This document shows, piece after piece, positions 55,435 through 64,000 of a DNA stretch of 64,000 bases. The translations under genes were made by a program, and so were the position numbers. Every line of letters begins with the position of its first letter. Within the stretch, counting starts at the first letter, position 1. The DNA comes from Deltaproteobacteria bacterium (lineage in GTDB: Bacteria > JAGRBM01 > JAHCIT01): NCBI GenBank assembly GCA_026129095.1, contig JAHCIT010000004.1, positions 1 through 64,000 on the forward strand, written 5' to 3'. The notes beneath the pieces were generated by a model. That model had not been told where the DNA came from, did no database searches, and saw only the letters and a list, made by a program, of their open reading frames with translations.

Positions 55435-55585
55435 AGATCTGGACGTATGCCTACGACCTGAACGGCAACCGTGTGCTGGCCGGGGAGGCCACCCACTATG
55501 GCATCAATATCTGCACACGGCAGCACACCTACGACGGCAACGACCGGCTGGTGGCGGTGAGCCACACGGGGTGCCGGACCGAGCG
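55435..55585 (+). pseudogene. YD/Rhs-repeat remnant
   Basis: WTYAYDLNGNRV...HTYDGNDRLVAV, cut off near the direct repeat. Confidence 0.65.
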
Positions 55586-55619
55586 GCGCCGGGGAGCCGC
55601 CTGTGGCAGCGGGCGGGGC

Positions 55620-55830
55620 TGGTGGCGGGGCAGTAAACAGCAGACAGGCCGCAGGGATTTCCGGCGGGTGCCTCAGCCGGCCGGCGAGCCGGTCGCCACC
55701 TGGTAGGGGAGCTGCCCGCCGGTGATCCGGTCATGCTCGCGGCCCTGGGGCCGGTAGTAGGTGTTCCGGTGGTGGGCGAGATTCAGCGCGAGATACAGCA
55801 GCGGGTGGCGGCGGTTGTTCCAGAACCGGC
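55620..55830 (-). repeat. 211-bp direct repeat, copy 2 (3' end of the intact gene)
   Basis: Matches 54029-54239. Confidence 0.92.
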
Positions 55831-57025
55831 GGGCGATGCTGCCCAGCGAGAAGAACTCCCGCCGGAACTCCAGGTAACACCGCTCCAGTTCCTCGGTGGT
55901 CATGTTCGGATGCCTCCAGATGAGGCGCCCGCAGGTGTAGTGCTCGTAGTTGTAGTCGAGGATGTCGCCGTCCCTCTCCATCCGTGCGTGCGTCACGGTG
56001 CCGGGGAGCGGCGTCAGGATGCCGGGGTTCACCATGAACAGCCGGTTCCGCATGACGAAATCCATCGTGTCACGGAACGTCTGGGGCGTGTCCTTTTCCA
56101 GCCCGAAGATGAACGCGCCGAAGACGGCGATGCCCGCGTCGTTCAGCTTGCGGATGCCGGCATCGTAGCGGTCCACCTTGTTGAAGGTCTTGCGGTTGGC
56201 GTTGAGGTTCTCCTGGTTGACCGATTCAAAGCCCACGAACAGTGACGCGCAGCCGGAGCGGACGGCCAGCTTCAGCAGTTCGCCGTCCCGGCAGGCCAGC
56301 TCCAGCGAGGCCTGGCTCCCCCACTTGATCCGGAGCGGAATGAGCGCCTCGAACAGGCGGTAGGCGTATTCGTGGGAGAAGAAGATGTTGTCGTCAACGA
56401 AGAAGAACGCCTTCTTCGGATACCGGCGGATCTCCTCGACCACCTGCTCCACGGGCCGGGTCCGGTAGAGTTTTCCGTACATCTTCGTGACCGTGCAGAA
56501 ATCGCAGCCCATCGGGCAGCCGCGGGAACTCTGGATGACGCCCGCGTCGAAAGTGGTCCGGCCGCCGGGAAACAGGTCCTTGCGCGGGACCGGAACCTGG
56601 GACAGGTCCAGCGGCGCGGAGCCGGTGTAGTGCTTTCCGGAAAGGTTCCCGCCGGAAAAGTCGGCCATGATCTGCGGCCAGAGCCCCTCGACCTCTCCCT
56701 GCACGACGGCGTCGGCATGTTCCAGCGCCTCGGCCACCATGAACGACACATGCGCGCCGCCCAGGATCACCTTCGAACCCCGCCTGCGGAAATAGTCCGC
56801 CAGCCAGTACCCGCGGTTCGCCTGGCAGGTCATCATCGTGATTCCGACCAGATCCGGGGTCTGGTCGAGATCCAGCGGGGCGAACATCTCCTCGGCGATC
56901 TCGATCTCGGAGAAGTAGGGCTCCGCCAGCGCGGCGAGGATGGCGAGGCTGAGGTGATGGACCGACTTTCCGCTGACGCCGTGGACTTCCTGGCTAACCG
57001 GTGCGATCAGGAGAAGCTTGCTCAT
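55673..57025 (-). CDS. Cobalamin-binding radical SAM protein
   Basis: B12 domain (DLVGIT..LGGAH..GEVE), SRGCPMGCDFC, FVDDN, GFES and PLPGT. Confidence 0.9.
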   Translation of the reverse strand: MSKLLLIAPVSQEVHGVSGKSVHHLSLAILAALAEPYFSEIEIAEEMFAPLDLDQTPDLVGITMMTCQANRGYWLADYFRRRGSKVILGGAHVSFMVAEALEHADAVVQGEVEGLWPQIMADFSGGNLSGKHYTGSAPLDLSQVPVPRKDLFPGGRTTFDAGVIQSSRGCPMGCDFCTVTKMYGKLYRTRPVEQVVEEIRRYPKKAFFFVDDNIFFSHEYAYRLFEALIPLRIKWGSQASLELACRDGELLKLAVRSGCASLFVGFESVNQENLNANRKTFNKVDRYDAGIRKLNDAGIAVFGAFIFGLEKDTPQTFRDTMDFVMRNRLFMVNPGILTPLPGTVTHARMERDGDILDYNYEHYTCGRLIWRHPNMTTEELERCYLEFRREFFSLGSIARRFWNNRRHPLLYLALNLAHHRNTYYRPQGREHDRITGGQLPYQVATGSPAG

Positions 57026-57140
57026 GTGGACACGGCCCTTCGGCTCCGGCTGGTTCCGCCGGGAAAGGCCAACTGTCGCAGGGGGTTACCTGCCCCGATA
57101 TGACAGGTGTCATCCCGGGACTGAATGAAACGGCGCCCCC

Positions 57141-57341
57141 CTACTCCGGATCGAGGGCGGTGAGGGCGGCGTATTTCTCCTCCAGCCAGCGCTTGAGGTC
57201 GAGCTCGTTGAAGATGCGCGTGCCGCCTTCCATGCGGTAGGGGATCATCCCCGATTCGATCCACAGATGGACCGTCTCCACCGGGATGCCCAGCACGGCG
57301 GCCAGTTCCTCGGGCGTGATGTTGCGTCCGGTGGTCTGCAT
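57141..57341 (-). CDS. Small excisionase/MerR-like HTH protein
   Basis: TPEELAAVLGI..ETV..W...G.IP....GG...F...DL..WL; GAGGGAG RBS. Confidence 0.75.
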   Translation of the reverse strand: MQTTGRNITPEELAAVLGIPVETVHLWIESGMIPYRMEGGTRIFNELDLKRWLEEKYAALTALDPE

Positions 57342-57454
57342 CGGGTGTGTCTCCCTCGCACGGCCTATTACGGCCGCTCGCTTCCGCCCCCGGCCTTGAA
57401 GTATATAGGGATGGGGAGCGGGCGCAACGGAAAACGGCGCGGGATATTTTTCTG

Positions 57455-58009
57455 ATGGCACGTGAGGCACAGGCGGCCCGAAGGCCGCGAGGACTTTTCG
57501 GCAATCTCCGGCGGATCGGGCGCACCCTGTCGGACCCGGCCCTGTCGCCGGCCGAGCGGGCCGAGCGGGCGCTCCGGCAGATCGCCCCCGGCGAATACGA
57601 ACGGGCCCGTCGCCGCCTCAAGACCTTCGAGGAACTGGCCCGCACGGAGTATTCCCGCATCCGCCTCGACCCCAGTTCGCCGGACCAGGAGGTCGAGGCG
57701 TTCATCGCGCTCGTCCGGGCGTCGGTCAAGACCTTCCAGAAGGAGCCGCCCCGCACCCGCGTGGGCCGCCGCATGGTGGACTGGGTTTCGAAGAACCTCG
57801 GCCAGATGGAGCACGCGCTGCTGCCCTCGCGGCAGGAGGCGTTCATCCTGCTCGGCATCGAGCACACCGACGATGTGGAGACGATCAAGCTGAGGTTCCG
57901 GGCGCTCGCCCGCGAGGCCCATCCCGACAAGCCCGGCGGCAGCCATGACCGGATGCAGAAGCTGAACGAGGCCTACAAAACGGTGCTGAGGATCAAGGGC
58001 GAGGGATAA
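57455..58009 (+). CDS. C-terminal J-domain protein
   Basis: AF.LLGI...IK.RFR.LA...HPDK.GG...M..LNEAY. Confidence 0.8.
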   Translation: MAREAQAARRPRGLFGNLRRIGRTLSDPALSPAERAERALRQIAPGEYERARRRLKTFEELARTEYSRIRLDPSSPDQEVEAFIALVRASVKTFQKEPPRTRVGRRMVDWVSKNLGQMEHALLPSRQEAFILLGIEHTDDVETIKLRFRALAREAHPDKPGGSHDRMQKLNEAYKTVLRIKGEG

Positions 58010-58017
58010 GGAAGGAA

Positions 58018-58122
58018 GCCTCACCCCGCGCCTCATCGGCGCGGCCCTCTCCAGAAACTGGAGAGGGCAAAACCCGGTTCCCCCTCTCCGTGACTACGGA
58101 GAGGGGGTTAGGGGGTGTGGTT
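58018..58122. repeat. Two REP-like hairpins between convergent genes
   Basis: GCCCTCTCCAG-aaa-CTGGAGAGGGC and CCCCCTCTCCGT-gact-ACGGAGAGGGGG. Confidence 0.82.
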
Positions 58123-58141
58123 TCCTTTATAGGGTGCGGGC

Positions 58142-58681
58142 TTATCCCGCTTCGGCAAGGTGCGCGTCGCCGCCCGCCGGGCGGCGGCGGATTTCGGTGG
58201 AGGAGCCCGCGCCGCGGCTCACGGCCACCTTGCCGGTGCGGACGAGCTCGCGGATGCCGAAGGGCTTCAGCAGGTTCATCACGGCGTTGATCTTCTCCTC
58301 GACGCCGGTGAACTCGAAGGTGTACGACGACGGCGAGACATCCACCACCTTGCCGCGGAAGATGTCGCAGATACGCAGGACTTCCGCCCGGCCGTCGCCC
58401 TCGGCGTGGACCTTGACGAGCGCCATCTCGCGCTCGACGTGCTCAAGGCCGGTGAGGTCCACCACCTTGATCACGTTGATCAGCTTGTTGAGCTGCTTGG
58501 TGATCTGCTCGATGATCTTCTCTTCGCCGCTCGTGACGATGGTCATGCGCGAGACGGTGGGGTCCAGCGTCTCGGCCACCGTGAGGCTCTCGATGTTGTA
58601 GCCGCGGGCCGAAAAAAGCCCCGCCACCCGCGAGAGGACGCCAAACTCGTTCTGCACCAGTACTGCCAGTGTGTGTTTCAT
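58142..58681 (-). CDS. ilvN: Acetolactate synthase small (regulatory) subunit
   Basis: [27 protein letters not shown] and ELVRTG. Confidence 0.95.
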   Translation of the reverse strand: MKHTLAVLVQNEFGVLSRVAGLFSARGYNIESLTVAETLDPTVSRMTIVTSGEEKIIEQITKQLNKLINVIKVVDLTGLEHVEREMALVKVHAEGDGRAEVLRICDIFRGKVVDVSPSSYTFEFTGVEEKINAVMNLLKPFGIRELVRTGKVAVSRGAGSSTEIRRRPAGGDAHLAEAG

Positions 58682-58721
58682 CTCTTTTCTGCCTTCCTGC
58701 TTCCTTCACGCCTTCCCGACT

Positions 58722-60509
58722 TCAGGAGAGCGAGGCCGAGTTCGGGTCGTCCTTGACGTGCACCTTCAGCGCCTCGTCGGCAACGATCGGGTTGGCGATA
58801 CTCCCGCCGGCGGGGATCATCGGGAAAACGCTCTCCTTGGGGTCCACCCGGATGTCCACGAGGCAGGGCTTTGTCGTCGAGAGCGCCTCGTCGATCACGC
58901 CGGGCAGCTTCGACTTCTGCTCCACCCGGAAGCCCGCCGCGCCCATCGCGTCGGCCAGCTTCACCCAGTCGGGCTGGAGCGGGATGTGAACGGCCGTGTA
59001 GCGGTCGTCGTAGAACATCTCCTGCCACTGGCGGACCATGCCGAGGTAGATGTTGTTGATAATGAACACCTTGATGGGGAGCTTGTGCTCGGACGCGACG
59101 ATCAGTTCCTGGATGCACATCTGCACCGAGGCGTCGCCCACGATCGCGAGCACGAGATCCTTCGGCCGGGCGAACTGCGCGCCGATGGCGGCCGGCAGGC
59201 CGAACCCCATCGTGCCGAGCCCGCCGGAGGTCACCCAGCGGAACGGCCGGTCGAACTGGAAATACTGCGCCGCCCACATCTGGTGCTGGCCCACGTCGGT
59301 GGTGACGACGGGCGAGCGCGCCTTCGTCTTCCGGTGGATCTCCTGGATCGCCCACTGCGGCTTGATCACCTCGCCGGGGCTTCCCGGCGTCCAGTCCTGG
59401 TAGAACAGCGGGTGCTGCCGTTCCCACTCGGCGATCTGGGCGTGCCAGGGGGCGAGCGAGCGGCGGTATTTCGCAAGGTCGGGCTCCGGCGGCAGGTTGT
59501 CCAGCATCTTCTGGACCACCTTGCGGGCGTCGCCCACGATCGGCACGTCCACCTCGACGTTCTTGGAGATCGACGCCGGATCGATGTCCACATGGATCTT
59601 CTTCGCTCCCACGCAGAACTCGTCGAGCTTGCCCGTCACGCGGTCGTCGAACCGCGCACCGATGGCGACGAGCACGTCGCAGTTCGACATGGCGAGGTTC
59701 GCCCGGTAGGTGCCGTGCATCCCCAGCATGTCGAGCGACAGGGGATCGCTCATCGGGAACGAGCCCAGCCCCATCAGCGTCTGCGTCACCGGGATGCCGA
59801 GCCGGCGGGCGAGTCCGGTCACCTCGGCCGCGGCGTTCGACCAGATGCACCCGCCGCCCAGGTACAGCACCGGCCGCTTTGCCCCCAGGATGAGCGACAG
59901 GGCCTTTTTCACCTGCTTCAGGTGGCCCTCGGTCGAGGGGCGGTAGGAGGGGATGTCCACCCTGTCCGGCCAGGCGAACGCCGTCTTGTGGGCGGTGACG
60001 TCCTTGGGGATATCCACCAGCACCGGGCCCGGCCGGCCGCTCGTGGCGATATATTGCGCCTCGGCCATCACGCGGGCGAGGTCGCGCACGTCCTTCACGA
60101 GGAAGTTGTGCTTCGTGCAGGGGCGCGTGATCCCCACCACGTCCGCCTCCTGGAAGGCGTCGTTGCCGATGAGATGCGTCGGCACCTGGCCGGTGATGAT
60201 GACCATCGGAATCGAGTCCATGTAGGCCGTCGCGATGCCGGTGACGCCGTTCGTGGCCCCGGGACCGGAAGTGAGCAGCACGTAGCCCGGCTTCCCCGTG
60301 GCGCGGGCGTAGCCGTCGGCCATGTGGACCGCCCCCTGCTCGTGCCGGACGAGGATGTGCCGGATGCTGCCGTCCTTCTCGGCGAAGTGCAGCGCATCGT
60401 AAATGTGCAGCACCGCGCCGCCCGGATAGCCGAACAGGGTGTCCACTTTCAGTTTCTTGAGGGATTCGACGAAGATCTGCGCGCCCGTGAGTTCCACGGC
60501 GGACTCCAT
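58722..60509 (-). CDS. ilvB: Acetolactate synthase large subunit, biosynthetic type
   Basis: FGYPGG, RHEQGA, TSGPGATN, GMHG, DVGQHQMW, SGGLGTMG and TPP motif GDAS..NN. Confidence 0.95.
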   Translation of the reverse strand: MESAVELTGAQIFVESLKKLKVDTLFGYPGGAVLHIYDALHFAEKDGSIRHILVRHEQGAVHMADGYARATGKPGYVLLTSGPGATNGVTGIATAYMDSIPMVIITGQVPTHLIGNDAFQEADVVGITRPCTKHNFLVKDVRDLARVMAEAQYIATSGRPGPVLVDIPKDVTAHKTAFAWPDRVDIPSYRPSTEGHLKQVKKALSLILGAKRPVLYLGGGCIWSNAAAEVTGLARRLGIPVTQTLMGLGSFPMSDPLSLDMLGMHGTYRANLAMSNCDVLVAIGARFDDRVTGKLDEFCVGAKKIHVDIDPASISKNVEVDVPIVGDARKVVQKMLDNLPPEPDLAKYRRSLAPWHAQIAEWERQHPLFYQDWTPGSPGEVIKPQWAIQEIHRKTKARSPVVTTDVGQHQMWAAQYFQFDRPFRWVTSGGLGTMGFGLPAAIGAQFARPKDLVLAIVGDASVQMCIQELIVASEHKLPIKVFIINNIYLGMVRQWQEMFYDDRYTAVHIPLQPDWVKLADAMGAAGFRVEQKSKLPGVIDEALSTTKPCLVDIRVDPKESVFPMIPAGGSIANPIVADEALKVHVKDDPNSASLS

Positions 60510-60751
60510 TCACTGCTCTCGCGCCGGGATCTGCCGGACGCGGGCGTCTGGATCAAACACCGGGAGGTACCCCGGCCGGCCCTTTGGCCTGCCGCCCCCC
60601 GCTTTCCGTTGCCCCCTTCTGGTGAGGGAGCCCCCGGCGCGGGTAGCTGTTGGCGGCAGGTGGCCGTATCGCCTGCGCCATTCGCCAGAGGCGAAAGGCG
60701 CGACCCCGACATGATGCAGAAACCCGCCGGGCCTGTCAAATCAGCAAGCGG

Positions 60752-61105
60752 TTATGGAAGACGAAGATCGAGAACGATGCGGAGGCCGTCGTCAACACGC
60801 CGGAGCGTGAACAGGTCCAGCATGCCCACGTATTCGAGCAAACCCGACTTATCCACGGTCATGATCTGCGAAACATTCACCACCGAATCCCGTGCAAGGC
60901 CGCTCGATTCCTTCGGGACGAGGACGTTCCCGGGTGCCTTGGCGAGTTCCAGATTGCCGGTCAGCGCCGCCACGATGACCGTTGAAATCCGGCTGTCGTT
61001 GAACCGGTTGGCCTGAATCGCCATGACCGGCCGCCGGTAGCCGGGTGCCGATCCCGCCGGGGCCGGCAGGTCGGCCCACCAGATACTCCCGCGCCGGATT
61101 ACCAC
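60752..61105 (-). CDS. mazF: PemK/MazF-family toxin
   Basis: RGSIWWADL..P.GS.PGYRRP..Q...FN.S.I.TVIV and SGL..DSVVNVSQI.TVDK. Confidence 0.9.
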   Translation of the reverse strand: MVIRRGSIWWADLPAPAGSAPGYRRPVMAIQANRFNDSRISTVIVAALTGNLELAKAPGNVLVPKESSGLARDSVVNVSQIMTVDKSGLLEYVGMLDLFTLRRVDDGLRIVLDLRLP

Positions 61106-61335
61106 TTCTCGTCCGTCCGCGTCGCCCGCGCCTGCATTTCGACCAGCAGCGGGTCAAGAGCAGAGGACTCGCGGCTGTAGACCTCATTCAGCTTGCGTGT
61201 GATCTCGTCATCGCCGGGAGCAAGATAGTGCTCCAGTGCCCGCGTAATCAGCGCGCTCCGGCTGATCTTCCGGCGGCGGGCCTCCTTTTCGGCCTTCCTG
61301 AACAGTTCGTCGGGGATGGATACGGCAGTCTTCAT
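61099..61335 (-). CDS. Ribbon-helix-helix antitoxin
   Basis: MKTAVSIPDELF..AE..A....ISRS.L...AL..YL; overlaps the toxin start. Confidence 0.88.
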   Translation of the reverse strand: MKTAVSIPDELFRKAEKEARRRKISRSALITRALEHYLAPGDDEITRKLNEVYSRESSALDPLLVEMQARATRTDEKW

Positions 61336-61398
61336 GGTATGACCAAGTATAACCATAGTCATACTGGAGTCAAACCGAGGGTATAACCAAGTATAACT
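61336..61398 (-). promoter_or_regulatory. TA promoter (TTGACT-N16-TATACT) with five RGTATRACY operator boxes
   Basis: Boxes at 61336, 61346, 61357 (inverted), 61380 and 61390. Confidence 0.7.
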
Positions 61399-61478
61399 TC
61401 AATGGTACGGTAACGATATTCTCATCCGGTAACCCCGCCCCTGTGGTATCCTCTAGCGAAGGCGGCCAGAGGTGAAGC

Positions 61479-61682
61479 ATGAGGAAGCGGCGGCAGTTCA
61501 TTCGCAGCGCGTTGCCGCTCGGAGCCCGGTGGGTGGGCGCCGTCATTGCCTTCGGTCCGGCTGGAATTGTCGCCGCCGCCGATGACATCACGCTGGAGAT
61601 GGTGGCCGAAACGCTGCCGACCGCCCTCATCGGCGCGGCGCTCATGTTCCCGGCGCTCGGACTTCCGCTGGAGGGCGGGTAG
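61479..61682 (+). CDS. Possible small membrane protein
   Basis: GAGGTG RBS, basic N-terminus and two hydrophobic stretches. No family recognised. Confidence 0.35.
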   Translation: MRKRRQFIRSALPLGARWVGAVIAFGPAGIVAAADDITLEMVAETLPTALIGAALMFPALGLPLEGG

Positions 61683-61870
61683 GCGGCAGTTTCCCGCCCC
61701 GCCGCGTCCGGCTGCCCCATCTTCCCCCCCCCTTTCACCAAACCGCCGCTTTTTCCCCTGTCCAAGGGGGGCGGGGGGCGGTATACTGGCTCTTAAGAGA
61801 TATCCCACGAGGCGAGCGGTGCGGCATGCAGGTCCGGGCCGGACGCCCCAGAGGAGAAGCGTTCAAGAGC

Positions 61871-62482
61871 GTGACGGCGATCCCCCTTCGCATCTACTCC
61901 GACTTCCTCTGCCCCTACTGCTATCTGGCCGAAAAGCAGCTTGAGCGTCTCGCCGGCGAATACCGCTTCGTCGTCCACTGGACCGGCTTCGAACTGCACC
62001 CGGAGATCCCCGCGGGCGGGGTGAAGGCGGGGCTGATCGGCCCGGACTCCCTGAGCCACGTCTGGGAGCGGGTGGAGAAGACCGCCGCCGAACTGGAGAT
62101 CCCGATCAAACCCCCTTCCCGTTTGCCAAACACGCACCTGGCGCTGGAGGCGGCCGTGGAACTCGGCCAGACGGAGACGGGAGCGCGGTTCCGCTCGCGG
62201 GTGTTCGACGCGTTCTTTCTGGAGGACCGCGACATCGGGGCGCAGCCGGTCCTGCTGGACCTGGCCGCCGGGGCGGGGGCCGACACGGCCCGCCTCCGGG
62301 AAGCCCTCGACGGGCGCGTCCACTTCGATACCGTCGAGAGCAACCGGGAGGCCGGATACGACGAGCTTGTGACCGGCGTCCCCACGATTCTGGCCGGGGG
62401 CCTGAGGTCGCTCGGCGTGCAGCCGCTGGATACCTACCGGGGGCTGTTCGACCACTATCTCCGCAAGGCGGCCGACGCCTGA
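61871..62482 (+). CDS. DsbA/FrnE-family thiol-disulfide oxidoreductase
   Basis: YSDFLCPYCY, FELHPE, TGVPT and GVQP. GTG start approximate. Confidence 0.85.
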   Translation: MTAIPLRIYSDFLCPYCYLAEKQLERLAGEYRFVVHWTGFELHPEIPAGGVKAGLIGPDSLSHVWERVEKTAAELEIPIKPPSRLPNTHLALEAAVELGQTETGARFRSRVFDAFFLEDRDIGAQPVLLDLAAGAGADTARLREALDGRVHFDTVESNREAGYDELVTGVPTILAGGLRSLGVQPLDTYRGLFDHYLRKAADA

Positions 62483-62508
62483 ATGGATACTCCAGGGAGC
62501 CCACTTCA

Positions 62509-63945
62509 TTGATATTCTACGTACTCGACACCAACGTCCTGCTGTTCGACCCGCAAGCGATCGCCAAGTTCGGCTCCGAATACGTCGTCGTGCCGATCAC
62601 GGTGCTGGAGGAGCTGGACACCTTCAAGCGCGACCAGACGGAACTGGGGCGGAACGCCCGCATGGTGATGCGCTACCTGGACGCGCTCCGCTCCAAGGGG
62701 CTCATCAGCCACGGCGTCGAGCTCGAAGGGGGCGGGAAGCTGATCGTCGCCGTGGGGTTCGAGACGGATCTCCGCCTTCTCCCCGACGATCTCGACAGCC
62801 ACAAGGCCGACAACCGGATCCTTTCGGTCGCCCTCGCCATCCAGCAGGGAAACCTCTTTTCGCAGTTCACCGCCGACGGCCCCTCCATCCTGAGGACGAG
62901 CCGCCCGGATGTCTGCGTCGTCTCCCGCGATGTGAACCTCCGCATCAAGGCCGACGCCCTGGGCCTGAAGGCGAACGACTACCAGGTGGGCCCCACCCGG
63001 AACCTCGACGACCTCTACCGGCGCCTGAGGGAAATCCACGTGGAGCCGGAGACCATAGACCGGCTCTACCGCGAGGGGCAGATCCGCTACGAGCCGGAGG
63101 AAGGCGAGCCGCCGCTCGCCGTGAACGAGTGCGTCGCCCTCATTGACCGCTACGTGCCGAGCCACACGGCGCTGGCCCGCCAGCGGGAGAACGGCACCAG
63201 CGGGCTTTTCCTCGTCAAGCCGCCCAAGGAGTCGGTCTGGGGCGTGCGGCCCAGGAACCGCGAGCAGGTGTTCGCCATGGACCTGCTGCTCGACGACCGG
63301 GTATCGCTCGTCTCGCTCGTGGGGAAGGCCGGCACCGGCAAGACGCTGCTCGCCATCGCCTGCGCGCTCATGCGGACGGCCGACGACCACCGCTACCAGA
63401 AGCTCCTCGTCTCAAGGCCGATCTTCCCGCTGGGGCGCGACCTTGGCTACCTCCCCGGCGACGTGGACGAGAAGCTCAAGCCCTGGATGCAGCCCATCTT
63501 CGACAACGTGGAGTACCTGCTCGGCTCCGAGTCCGAGGGGTCATCGGGCAACGAGAGCGGCGGGGGCCGCCGCCGGGGCGGCGACTATGCCCGCGGCGGG
63601 CACAAGCGCCGCCGCTACCAGGACCTCATTGACCTCGGCATCCTGGAAATCGAGCCGCTCACCTACATCCGCGGCCGGACGATCCCGCACCAGTTCATGA
63701 TCGTGGACGAGGCGCAGAACCTCACGCCCCACGAGATCAAGACGATCCTCACCCGCGCCGGCGAGGGGACGAAGGTGGTCCTCACCGGCGACCCGCACCA
63801 GATCGACAACCCCTATGTCGATTCGATCTCCAACGGGCTTACCTACGTGATCGAGAAGTTCCGGGGCGAGGCCGTCGCCGGGCACATGGTCCTCACCCAC
63901 GGCGAGCGGAGCGAGCTGGCCGAGAAGTCGGCGAACCTGCTGTAG
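62509..63945 (+). CDS. phoH: PIN-PhoH (PhoH2-type) protein
   Basis: PIN VLDTNVLLFDP..DNRIL; GKAGTGKT, LGYLPG, YIRGR, DEAQN and LTGDP.QID. Confidence 0.92.
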   Translation: MIFYVLDTNVLLFDPQAIAKFGSEYVVVPITVLEELDTFKRDQTELGRNARMVMRYLDALRSKGLISHGVELEGGGKLIVAVGFETDLRLLPDDLDSHKADNRILSVALAIQQGNLFSQFTADGPSILRTSRPDVCVVSRDVNLRIKADALGLKANDYQVGPTRNLDDLYRRLREIHVEPETIDRLYREGQIRYEPEEGEPPLAVNECVALIDRYVPSHTALARQRENGTSGLFLVKPPKESVWGVRPRNREQVFAMDLLLDDRVSLVSLVGKAGTGKTLLAIACALMRTADDHRYQKLLVSRPIFPLGRDLGYLPGDVDEKLKPWMQPIFDNVEYLLGSESEGSSGNESGGGRRRGGDYARGGHKRRRYQDLIDLGILEIEPLTYIRGRTIPHQFMIVDEAQNLTPHEIKTILTRAGEGTKVVLTGDPHQIDNPYVDSISNGLTYVIEKFRGEAVAGHMVLTHGERSELAEKSANLL

Positions 63946-64000
63946 GGAAGCCCCTCAGTCCGCAATCGCCTTGCGGAAGGCGGGGCGGCCCGTTTGCCGC

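Noticed and set aside
57141-57341. Prophage or ICE suggested by the excisionase-like HTH
   Set aside because: No integrase, tRNA att site or phage genes nearby
61099-63945. Functional link between the MazF-type TA pair and PIN-PhoH
   Set aside because: They are on opposite strands and separated by other genes; nothing beyond proximity supports it

Overview
GC-rich bacterial chromosomal segment. The gene content (DUF507 protein, FHA-GAF-sigma54 activator, Geobacter-type chemosensory cluster) points to a deltaproteobacterial/Myxococcota-like organism, which is an inference. No rRNA, tRNA, CRISPR array, integrase or transposase was seen. In order, the window holds: two arrays of paralogous acidic lipoproteins; plsB; a Crp-family protein, class II cyclic-nucleotide phosphodiesterase and folC; a complete 13-gene alternative chemosensory cluster with an ExeA-like ATPase, a HEAT protein and a very long (~64-heptad) MCP; an Aur1/PAP2-like enzyme and glpK; an MMPL transporter; a low-GC putative type II restriction-modification island; a qNor-family enzyme; a PqqD/S26-peptidase/HprK-like/rSAM-SPASM peptide-modification cassette; an orphan Rhs-CT (AHH nuclease) plus immunity pair bracketed by a 211-bp duplication of a B12-rSAM gene end; ilvBN; a MazF-type TA pair; DsbA/FrnE; and PIN-PhoH. 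The top finding is that the qNor homologue carries all four diagnostic substitutions of putative NO dismutases (Nod), in a host that does not look like NC10. A dispersed family of REP/BoxC-like hairpins with covarying stems also runs through the window.
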